Below are positions 27,378 through 35,704 of a DNA stretch of 64,000 nucleotides, piece by piece. The notes under the pieces are model-generated. The model was not told the origin of the DNA and did no database searches. It worked only from the letters and a program-made list of their open reading frames with translations. Position 1 is the first letter of the stretch; the number at the start of each line of letters is the position of its first letter. The stretch comes from Terriglobia bacterium (GTDB lineage Bacteria > Acidobacteriota > Terriglobia > 2-12-FULL-54-10): the NCBI GenBank assembly GCA_963666975.2, contig CAXVYR010000004.1, forward strand, positions 256,001 to 320,000, given 5' to 3'. The position numbers and the translations under genes are program-made.

Positions 27378-27420
27378 GTAGACTCTCTCACTGAGACTGG
27401 CACAAAATATCGGTCTGGTC
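27378..27420 (-). promoter_or_regulatory. Conserved upstream motif, copy 3
   Basis: GTAGACTCTCTCACTGAGACTGGCACAAAATATCGGTCTGGTC on +. Confidence 0.45.
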
Positions 27421-27514
27421 CCCCATCCTTTGATCCGGGCACTGTCCGGCAATTCTGTTGAAAGAAGAGGTGAGGGTGCTCCGGGTCATAGTTTCTCCTC
27501 GGTTGAATCGCGCT

Positions 27515-28549
27515 CTAGGCGAAGTCCTCAAGATCAGCTATGGCTGCGACCGGGACGGAGGGCAGGATTCCCTGTTGGGCGGCAACCTTGAGGAACTGAA
27601 GCTGGGTTTCCTTCATGGCCGTGTCCCACCGCGCGATGAACAGTGGCAATGAAATGTTGCGCTCGATGAGGCGGTCGATGGCCCTGTTTTCCCGGATGCC
27701 CGTTAGCTGCTTAAACCGATCTTCTCGAAAGAACTCGTACCCGTTGCGGGAAGCCCATTCGACCGTGTCGATCCAGGCATCGCGGAGCCGCCTGAGGATG
27801 TCCAGGTTCTTCCGAAGGTAGTCGACCCGGACGGTGATTCCAGACAGGATCTTGGGCGTTCCCCAGATTTTCTCGAACTCCTGTGCAAACGGACCAAAGA
27901 TGCTCTTAGCGTTCGCATCGAGTTCGGCCCGCAGGGCCAGGGGGTCAAACAAATTGGCGGCGTCAACATTCCCATGCCTCAGCAAGGGGATGAGCCCCGG
28001 CGGAGAGGCCTCCACCAGATCGAAGATCTGATCGAGCCGGGGACGATTCACTCCGAACTTTACGGCCAGCAGGACCGCGAGCTCGTTGAAGCCGGAAGAG
28101 TCACGGCCGTAGATGCCAAACTTCGGTTTGCGCCCCTCCCGTTGCTGGAAGTTCAGCAGGTCCTCTATGCGATCCATTCCGGAATCCGCACGGACAATCA
28201 CCATGTCCTGAGTAGCCTGAACACTGTTGACGATAGTAGTAGGGAATCTTGAGAACGCAATGGCTACCTGGCTCGGACCGAAGTCGAAGGAGACGTCCGA
28301 GAGGCCCTGCAAGAAGTTTTGGGCCCGTACGTCGGCTCCGAAGGGCTTCACTTCCACATGGAGCCCCCGCCTTTCCGCCGCTCCGGAGCGGACCAATAGG
28401 TTGGCTGCTACGGCAGTCATCCCGCTCGACAGGCCGCTGACCCGCACGGTGGGCAGGTTCTGCCCGAGCAATGCCTCCGGTCTCGCCCCGCTGAAAACCG
28501 CTGCACCTAAGCCCAGCCCGCTGTATGTGAAAAACTGTCGGCGATTCAT
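27515..28549 (-). CDS. Tat-exported NMT1/SsuA-type substrate-binding protein (paralog 3)
   Basis: MNRRQFF twin-arginine; close paralog of 12213-13247; directly downstream of large subunit copy 2. Confidence 0.75.
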   Translation of the reverse strand: MNRRQFFTYSGLGLGAAVFSGARPEALLGQNLPTVRVSGLSSGMTAVAANLLVRSGAAERRGLHVEVKPFGADVRAQNFLQGLSDVSFDFGPSQVAIAFSRFPTTIVNSVQATQDMVIVRADSGMDRIEDLLNFQQREGRKPKFGIYGRDSSGFNELAVLLAVKFGVNRPRLDQIFDLVEASPPGLIPLLRHGNVDAANLFDPLALRAELDANAKSIFGPFAQEFEKIWGTPKILSGITVRVDYLRKNLDILRRLRDAWIDTVEWASRNGYEFFREDRFKQLTGIRENRAIDRLIERNISLPLFIARWDTAMKETQLQFLKVAAQQGILPSVPVAAIADLEDFA

Positions 28550-28620
28550 ACCCGAAAGGCCTCCACCGTTGTTTGCGCGCGAACGATCCGGCAATCAAAC
28601 CGTTTGAGCCCGCCCTCCGT

Positions 28621-30960
28621 CTATGCTTCCCCTGGAGATCCCTCCATCCGTCGCGATTTCGCAATCAGCTCCTGGAGCTTGTTCGGACTCAGCGGCAAAT
28701 CGGTGATCTGAATACCGAGGGGTTTTAAGGCATCCGAAACCGCGTTGGCCATGGCGCCGCCCACCCCCGCTGTGCCACCCTCTCCTCCACCTTTCACCCC
28801 CAGAGGGTTGAGGGGAGATGGGTCGTTTTCAAACAGGTGAACCTCCACGGGAGGCATCTCCATGCTCGACGGCAGAAGGTAATCCATGAAGGAGGTGCAA
28901 AGCAACTGTCCCGCCTCATCATACACAAGCTCTTCCAGAAAAGCGCCACCCAAACCCTGCGCCACGCCCCCCAAGATTTGACCTTCCAGGAGCATCGGGT
29001 TGATGGCCCTTCCCACATCATAAAGCGACCAGAACTTCTTCACCGTCACCACGCCGGTGCCTGCATCCACCTCGGCCAAAGCCACCTGTACGCCGTGGGG
29101 ATAAGTCATGTGCTTTGCTTCAAAGTAGTGTGTGGCTTCGAGGTCGAGCCCGCTCACGCCCCAGTTCCAGGAGTCGGAAGCGTGCCGCATCAGTTCACCC
29201 AAGGAGAGGGCTTCCCGCTTCCCGCTTTTGGCAGAAAGAGTCGATCCCTCGAACTGGATCTCCTCTTCCGAACAGCCGAAATACTCCGCCGCCAGCCGGA
29301 CTACTTTCTCCCGGAGCTTCCTGGCGGCCAGCAGCACTGCATTTCCGCCCATCACTGTCACACGGCTCGCAAAAGTCCCGGTGCTGTGTGGGGCCAGGGA
29401 GGTGTCGCCGTGAACCACGGTGACGTCGTAAATATCCAGGCCCAGTTCGTCGGCGCAGATTTGCGCCAGCGTGGTCTCCAGCCCTTGTCCCAGCGAGGTT
29501 GCACCCGTGTACACCACCGCCTTGCCGGAACGGTCCATCCGAACTCTGACGGCTTCGAACGGGCCTCTGCCGGTCTTCTCCACAAAACAGGCGAAACCGA
29601 TTCCTATATATTTCCCATCCGCGCGCTGGCTTGCCTGTTCCTTCCGAAGGCGGCCATAGTCGCTGAGCTCAACGGCTTTCTGCATCAGCCTGGGATAGTC
29701 GCCGCTGTCATAGGTGATCGGAGTTTTGAACACGCTCGTGCCCACGCTGTAAGGCATCTCCTGCGGCTGGATAAAATTGCGGAACCTCACAGCGGCAGGG
29801 TCCAGATCCAGACGCAAGCTGATCAAGTCCATCAGTCTTTCTCTCACAAAGTTGCTTTCGTACCGGCCCGGGGCCCGGTAGGTGCCAACGGGTGTCTTGT
29901 TGGTGATGACTGCATTCCATTCGCACCAATAATTGGGGAGCCGGTACGGTCCTGGAAACACGCCAGCGGCCAGGGCTGGAATCGTCGAGCCTCGAATATA
30001 GGCGCCCATGTCGTTCCAGATTCTTGCTTTTACCGCCTGAAGATCGCCCTCTTTCCCCGCTGCCACTTCCACTTCCCACTGCTGTTCGCGGGAGTGATTG
30101 GTGGCCAGAAAATGTTCTCTCCGGTCTTCGATCCACTTCACAGGACGGCCCAAAGAGAGGGCGAGAAACGGGACCAGAAAATCCTCGGGATAAAATTCTC
30201 CCCGCACCCCGAAGCCGCCTCCCACATCCGGTTCGATGAAGTGGACGCTGTGCTCCGGCAGCCCCAACAAGGAGGCCAGCACCGAGCGATTGAAGTAAGG
30301 AACCTTGGTGGGTCCCCAAACCGTCAAGACCTTTGTGCCTCGATTGTACTCCGCAACCAACCCCCGGGTCTCCATCGGCATGCCGGTATGCCTCTGGATC
30401 GTAAATTGCTCCGAGAAGGTCAACCCGGCCTTCCGGAAGGCCCCCTCCACATCGCCCAGATCGACCACGCCGCTGCCGGCCAGATTGCCTTGAGTCTCCT
30501 CGTGAATCCGCACGGCATCTGTCTTCACCGCGCTCCGCGCATCCACGACCGCCGGAAGAGGCTCATAGTCCGTTTGGATAGACTCCAACGCGTCCTCCGC
30601 AATATACCGGCTGTCGGCAACCACAATGGCCACCGGCTCCCCCACGTATCGAACCTTCTCTTTGGCCAGCGGATATTGAAGATATGAAACGAAGGAAGGA
30701 TGGGACTCCAGGCGCATGGGGATGAGCTTTGCCAAATGAGAAATGTCGTGGAACGTGATTACGCTCAGCACCCCGGGAATCCGGAGCGCTTCCCGGGTGT
30801 TCACCGCTCGAATCCGGGCGTGCGCGTGGGGACTCCGCAACAGGGCCGCATGCGCCATCCTGTGGAGTCGGATGTCATCCACGTAGTTGCCTTCCCCGCG
30901 CAGGAAGCGGGGATCTTCTTTTCGCTTGACCCGCTGGCCGATGAATCTCCCTCGGTGCAT
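28621..30960 (-). CDS. Molybdenum hydroxylase large subunit, copy 2 (no adjacent M or S genes)
   Basis: Near-identical to 14876-17227; TNKTPVGTYRAPGRYES, KGGGEGG. Confidence 0.95.
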   Translation of the reverse strand: MHRGRFIGQRVKRKEDPRFLRGEGNYVDDIRLHRMAHAALLRSPHAHARIRAVNTREALRIPGVLSVITFHDISHLAKLIPMRLESHPSFVSYLQYPLAKEKVRYVGEPVAIVVADSRYIAEDALESIQTDYEPLPAVVDARSAVKTDAVRIHEETQGNLAGSGVVDLGDVEGAFRKAGLTFSEQFTIQRHTGMPMETRGLVAEYNRGTKVLTVWGPTKVPYFNRSVLASLLGLPEHSVHFIEPDVGGGFGVRGEFYPEDFLVPFLALSLGRPVKWIEDRREHFLATNHSREQQWEVEVAAGKEGDLQAVKARIWNDMGAYIRGSTIPALAAGVFPGPYRLPNYWCEWNAVITNKTPVGTYRAPGRYESNFVRERLMDLISLRLDLDPAAVRFRNFIQPQEMPYSVGTSVFKTPITYDSGDYPRLMQKAVELSDYGRLRKEQASQRADGKYIGIGFACFVEKTGRGPFEAVRVRMDRSGKAVVYTGATSLGQGLETTLAQICADELGLDIYDVTVVHGDTSLAPHSTGTFASRVTVMGGNAVLLAARKLREKVVRLAAEYFGCSEEEIQFEGSTLSAKSGKREALSLGELMRHASDSWNWGVSGLDLEATHYFEAKHMTYPHGVQVALAEVDAGTGVVTVKKFWSLYDVGRAINPMLLEGQILGGVAQGLGGAFLEELVYDEAGQLLCTSFMDYLLPSSMEMPPVEVHLFENDPSPLNPLGVKGGGEGGTAGVGGAMANAVSDALKPLGIQITDLPLSPNKLQELIAKSRRMEGSPGEA

Positions 30961-30997
30961 TACGATCCCTCTCGGTTTACTTTCTTGCTGCTTTAAG

Positions 30998-31043
30998 TCG
31001 GGATTAACGTTTTGGCCCTCCGGCGGTTGCGAGTATACACCCG
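30998..31043 (+). mobile_element. Degenerate solo IS1380 left end
   Basis: TCGGGATTAACGTTTTGGCCCTCCGGCGGTTGCGAGTATACACCC matches the copies at 8599 and 24581. Confidence 0.65.
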
Positions 31044-31630
31044 CTGAAACCGACCAACAAATCCTGGCGCGTGGATGAAACCTATGTTCGGATCAAAGGC
31101 CGGTGGTCTTACCTGTATCGAGCGATCGGCTCGGCCGGTGCGACCATCGACTTTTCCCGGTCAGCGGTTCGCTCCGCCGATGCAGCCAAAGCGTTGTTTG
31201 CCAAGGTGCTGGCGAACCCTTTTCACCTACAGCCAGGGGTAATCCACACGAACAAAGCCAAGTGCTATCCGCCAGCGATTCAGGAGTCGAAGCAAGAAGG
31301 AGTCCGACGACGACGCTGCCGTCATCGACCGGTTCAATATCTGAATAACATTCTGGAGCAAGACCACCGCGCCATCAAGAAACGGATTTGCGCCAAGCAG
31401 CATTTTCTTCCGTTCGGTTGTGCCCGAAGGACGATTCCCCGAAGGACGATTCAAGGATACGAGGTGATGCACAAGATTCGGAAAGGGCAAATGAGGTGGG
31501 TGAAGAAGGACGATGTCCGAGCACAGAACCAGTTCATCGATCGTGTGTTCTGCCTCGCCTCATGAACTCACAACTGTGTCCCGCTATTCCACTCACTCCT
31601 TGTCTTCTCTTCAATCTTTGCAACACATCC
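31044..31630 (+). mobile_element. 5'-truncated IS6-family element (transposase pseudogene)
   Basis: SWRVDETYVRIKGRWSYLYRA, YLNNILEQDHRAIK; catalytic Asp positions eroded (YRAIG, IHTNK); right IR TTTGCAACACATCC ending at 31630. Confidence 0.9.
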
Positions 31631-31718
31631 GGTTTTGAGGTGGTTAAGTCACAAAACACGGCACAAAGCGCGATACGCGGTCAAGCCGTCTATGCTAATC
31701 TACTGATATCACTGCATC

Positions 31719-31808
<90 letters not shown>

Positions 31809-31905
31809 TATTTCTCTCTCCTTATATTCGCCCACTCAATGAAACCGGCACTGCCCGGGACAAACCGTTCAGGTATTCCAGCCGGCAACTCGTTCAGGAA
31901 GCAAC

Positions 31906-34269
31906 CTACGAGCCTCCGCGGCGAAGCTGGAAATATACTCCTCCCCGAATCTGAAAAGGCGTGCCAATCACCTCCACCGGGGTGCGGCGGACAAGAATCT
32001 TGGAGTCAGTCACATTCTCCAGGGACAAAAACAAGCGGGCCGAATCCCCCAGGCTGTGGGAGAGATGAGCATCCATCTGAAAATACCGGTCCAGCACCAA
32101 GCTGTTCAAATCATCATCAAACTGATCGCCGACGAAACGGCCCGTCACGACAAGGCGAACGGCGCGGGGAAGCGAAAACCCTGCATTAAACGTGACGCGG
32201 TGCTGCGGGACCTGCGACAGTTGCTTACCTACTATCGCGGACCCTTCCGTGAACTCCGTCACGCGCGTCCGGTCCCAGAGGTAGTGCCCTTCGAGCTTCA
32301 CCTCCGGAATCGGCTGCCATGTCGCGGTCGCCTGCAACCCGTGAATTCTGGCACTGCCGAGATTCTGCCGCTGCCGCGTAATCAGAGCCGGGGTAACTTC
32401 CAGCGTGACGTTTGAGACAGGATCAGTCAGGAGGTTGGCAAAGCCCGCCAAGCCCAGACTCAACTTTTGCGATACATAAAAACGCACGCCGGCTTCGCCG
32501 CCCGTGTTGTGCTCGGGCTCCAACTGGGTGTTGGGATTGGTATTCACGTTGCCGACTCGAAACTGCCGGTAGAGTTCGTTCAAAGTGGGCGCGCGAAACG
32601 AGCGGTAGACGGAACCGTACAGGTTCAACCGGGAATTGAGTTGGTATGTCAATCCCGCGCGGGGACTAAAAACCGCCTTGGTCCTTCCCTCCACCGGCGG
32701 AGCCTGCCGAGGAGCATCGGGGGAGATGCTCCCGCGAAAGCCGTCGAAGTTCTTCCAGAAATCCAGGCGGCCGCCCAGCACGAGAGCGGCCCGGGAGGAA
32801 ATGGCGTAGTTCTCTTCCGCAAAGAATCCTACGGTCGCCTGTTTCCCCCCTCCCAAACGGATCAGCCCCAGCCGCCCACTTCCGAAGAAAACGGCATCGG
32901 TGCTTTGGCCGCTGACCAGCCATAAATCCAAGCCAGTCACAATCCGGTGACGGCCACGGGTCGCGTACCATAACAAGGACGCCCCGCCATCAGCCGACGG
33001 CACGTGTTGCTGCACCACCCGGCGCTCCGAATTCCGGTCAGCGGCTACGGCTGAAAAATCACTGGCAAAGATAGTCCGGCGAAAAAAGGTCCGCGCCTCC
33101 AGGCGGTCGCTCGGCGAGAGGGACCCCTGAACGCTGGTGGAAAAATCGTAGGAAAAAGTATCGTTCTGTTGCACCGGCGTCCCGTTATCTCTATTCTCGT
33201 TCAGAAATCCTCCGTCCAAGGTCCATATCCAAGAGCTTGCGGCAGGAGCCCGTTCCACAGAGAAGCGCGCCGCCTGATGCCGGGAAGCGGCGGCAATATC
33301 GACTGCTCCTCGCTGGGACTCTGTGACGATGGGGTATCCGTCAAAATCGAAAAACGAGCCCGCCACCGAAAATCCCCACGGGCCGATCCGGTGCGAGCCA
33401 TAGAGGTCCCCATGCAGCGACTCCCGGCTCCCTCCCTGCCCCTGAAATTCGAAGGTCGCCGGCTCCGGAATTCTCTTGAGCAGTTGCAGAACCCCTCCCA
33501 GCGCATAATTGCCGTAGAGCGTCGATCCGCCGCCGTTGGCCAGCTCCGCCTGTTGGATGCTCAACAAGGGAATGCGATCCCAGTAAACCCATCCCCCGAA
33601 GGCGTCGTTCATCGGCACCCCGTCCACCAATACCAGGGACCGGCTCACCCCGCTGGGGCCGATGCCACGCAACGAGAAGCCCTGCGTAGTGGGGTGTGTC
33701 ACCAGACTGCTCGAGCGGCGAAACAGGGCAAACTCCGGAAAGGCGCGCAAGCGGTCGTCGAGCGCCTGGTAGGGCATCTCCCGAAGGTCCTCACCGGTCA
33801 AGACCTTCACATCGGAGATGGCAGCGCCCACGGGCACGGGAATGCGGCCAGCCGTCACGGTGACCGTCTCGTTCAGCGTTTCCAAAGGAACGGTCAATTC
33901 CATCCTCTCGTTCGGCGCGCTCGAAACAGTGACTTCCTGAACTGCGGGAAGATACGGGGCTAAGACAACCTCCAATTGATAGTCACCTGCAGGCAAATTC
34001 TCGAAGACAAATTCACCTTCGCGGTCGCTTGTGGCAACCTGCACCTGCCGCTGCTGCTGAAGCAGCCTAACCTCAGCGCCTGCCAGCAAGCCTCTCGGCC
34101 CTTCCACTCTTCCATGGATTGACGCAGCCAGGCCGGAGACCATGTGCAAAAATAAAATCTGGATCAGAAGAACGGAAAATTCCTGGAAGAGCCTTGCCGT
34201 TCGAGTCAAATGAAATCGCAGGGGATCAGGCGGGACAATTCTATGCAAGAAAGCATCCTCCTCATTCAT
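31906..34269 (-). CDS. TonB-dependent receptor with N-terminal carboxypeptidase-regulatory-like domain
   Basis: ETVTVTA TonB box, SLRG, LVLVDGVP, LYGNYALGGV plug motifs, FRAPTLNELY; start uncertain. Confidence 0.9.
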   Translation of the reverse strand: MNEEDAFLHRIVPPDPLRFHLTRTARLFQEFSVLLIQILFLHMVSGLAASIHGRVEGPRGLLAGAEVRLLQQQRQVQVATSDREGEFVFENLPAGDYQLEVVLAPYLPAVQEVTVSSAPNERMELTVPLETLNETVTVTAGRIPVPVGAAISDVKVLTGEDLREMPYQALDDRLRAFPEFALFRRSSSLVTHPTTQGFSLRGIGPSGVSRSLVLVDGVPMNDAFGGWVYWDRIPLLSIQQAELANGGGSTLYGNYALGGVLQLLKRIPEPATFEFQGQGGSRESLHGDLYGSHRIGPWGFSVAGSFFDFDGYPIVTESQRGAVDIAAASRHQAARFSVERAPAASSWIWTLDGGFLNENRDNGTPVQQNDTFSYDFSTSVQGSLSPSDRLEARTFFRRTIFASDFSAVAADRNSERRVVQQHVPSADGGASLLWYATRGRHRIVTGLDLWLVSGQSTDAVFFGSGRLGLIRLGGGKQATVGFFAEENYAISSRAALVLGGRLDFWKNFDGFRGSISPDAPRQAPPVEGRTKAVFSPRAGLTYQLNSRLNLYGSVYRSFRAPTLNELYRQFRVGNVNTNPNTQLEPEHNTGGEAGVRFYVSQKLSLGLAGFANLLTDPVSNVTLEVTPALITRQRQNLGSARIHGLQATATWQPIPEVKLEGHYLWDRTRVTEFTEGSAIVGKQLSQVPQHRVTFNAGFSLPRAVRLVVTGRFVGDQFDDDLNSLVLDRYFQMDAHLSHSLGDSARLFLSLENVTDSKILVRRTPVEVIGTPFQIRGGVYFQLRRGGS

Positions 34270-34381
34270 AGTACAGGCAGCTTTTCGCTTCCGTAGAATC
34301 ATAAGCCAGCAGACCCTCCCTGTCCATTTCTGATCGCAAGGCTGAGGAGGGATTTACGGGCCGGTGTCCGTCCGAAGAGAA

Positions 34382-34390
34382 TGCTATAAT
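34382..34390 (+). promoter_or_regulatory. Extended -10 promoter of iscS-mnmA
   Basis: TGcTATAAT about 65 bp upstream of the ATG. Confidence 0.6.
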
Positions 34391-34456
34391 TAAAGAAGAA
34401 CAGCCGAAAGCACGCTTGGCATATTCAAAGCCGCACGGCTGCTGCTGGGGCGCCGG

Positions 34457-35686
34457 ATGAAACTCTACTTTGACCACAATGCCACCACGCCGGTGGCGCC
34501 GGAAGTCCTGGAGGCCATGCTGCCGTTTCTTCGCGCGGAGTACGGCAACGCCTCCAGCATTCATCGCTTCGGCCAGCGAGCGCGAGCCGCCGTGGAACAT
34601 GCGCGGGCCCAGGTGGCGGCGCTGATCGGCTGCGAGGCGGCGGAGATTGTTTTTACCAGCGGCGGAACGGAATCGGATAATCTGGCGATCCAGGGCGCAG
34701 TGCGGGCCAGCATGCTCCCCCGCAAGCACGTCATCACCTCGGCCATCGAGCATCCTGCCGTCCTGACCACCTGCCATGCGATGGAAAGAGAAAGCAACGG
34801 AGTCGCGGTCACTTACTTGCCGGTGGATTCCCAAGGACGCGTCGACCCGGAACAGGTGCGGCGCGAGTTGCGCCCGGAGACGGTTCTCGTCACGGTCATG
34901 CACGCCAACAATGAAATCGGCGCGGTCGAGCCTTTGGCGGAGATCGCCTCGATTGCCCGGCAGGCGGGCGTTCTGTTGCACACCGATGCAGTCCAAAGCA
35001 CGGGCAAGATTCCCGTTGATGTAAAGCGACTGGGAGCCGACCTGCTCTCGCTCAGCGCGCACAAATTTTACGGACCCAAGGGCATTGGAGCCCTGTTCAT
35101 CCGCAAGGGCCTCTCCCTGAGCCCGCTGTTTTTTGGAGGACACCGCATGGGGGAACCGCGCCCCGGCACGGAAAACGTGGCCTCTATCGCGGGGCTCGGG
35201 GCCGCCGCACAGCTTGCCGCCGGTAACCTGGAAACGGAGGCTCGGCGATTGAGCGCCCTGCGCGACCGGATGGAAAAGGGAATTTTAGAACGGGTGTCAG
35301 ACGCTGGAATCAATGGCCCTGCGACGGGAATGCAGGGCGGTGAGTTTCTCCGTGTGCCGAACACCAGCAATCTTTATTTTGACTATATCGAAGGGGAATC
35401 GCTGGTAATTGCCCTGGACCTGCAAGGGGTCGCCTGCTCGACCGGGGCGGCCTGTTCTTCGGGAGCCATCGAGCCTTCGCATGTGCTCACTGCGATTGGC
35501 GTGCCTGCCCTGCGCGCCCGCGGCAGTTTGCGTCTCAGCCTGGGAAGGCAAAACACGGAGGAGGAAGTGAAGCAACTGCTGGAGGCGATTCCTGCTGTGG
35601 TGGAGCGTCTGCGCGCGCTCTCCCCCCAAGTTCCAGACGAGAAGAAGGCCCCGGCTGAGAAGGCGGTCCCGGCCCGCAAGGGCTGA
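34457..35686 (+). CDS. iscS: Cysteine desulfurase (IscS/NifS)
   Basis: YFDHNATTP, FTSGGTESDN, HTDAVQ, SAHKFYGPKG, STGAACSS. Confidence 0.95.
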   Translation: MKLYFDHNATTPVAPEVLEAMLPFLRAEYGNASSIHRFGQRARAAVEHARAQVAALIGCEAAEIVFTSGGTESDNLAIQGAVRASMLPRKHVITSAIEHPAVLTTCHAMERESNGVAVTYLPVDSQGRVDPEQVRRELRPETVLVTVMHANNEIGAVEPLAEIASIARQAGVLLHTDAVQSTGKIPVDVKRLGADLLSLSAHKFYGPKGIGALFIRKGLSLSPLFFGGHRMGEPRPGTENVASIAGLGAAAQLAAGNLETEARRLSALRDRMEKGILERVSDAGINGPATGMQGGEFLRVPNTSNLYFDYIEGESLVIALDLQGVACSTGAACSSGAIEPSHVLTAIGVPALRARGSLRLSLGRQNTEEEVKQLLEAIPAVVERLRALSPQVPDEKKAPAEKAVPARKG

Positions 35687-35704
35687 GCGATTAACTAATA
35701 TTTT

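Noticed and set aside
31423-31452. 15-bp tandem duplication CCCGAAGGACGATTC in the IS6 transposase
   Set aside because: In-frame slippage within an already truncated pseudogene; no function implied.
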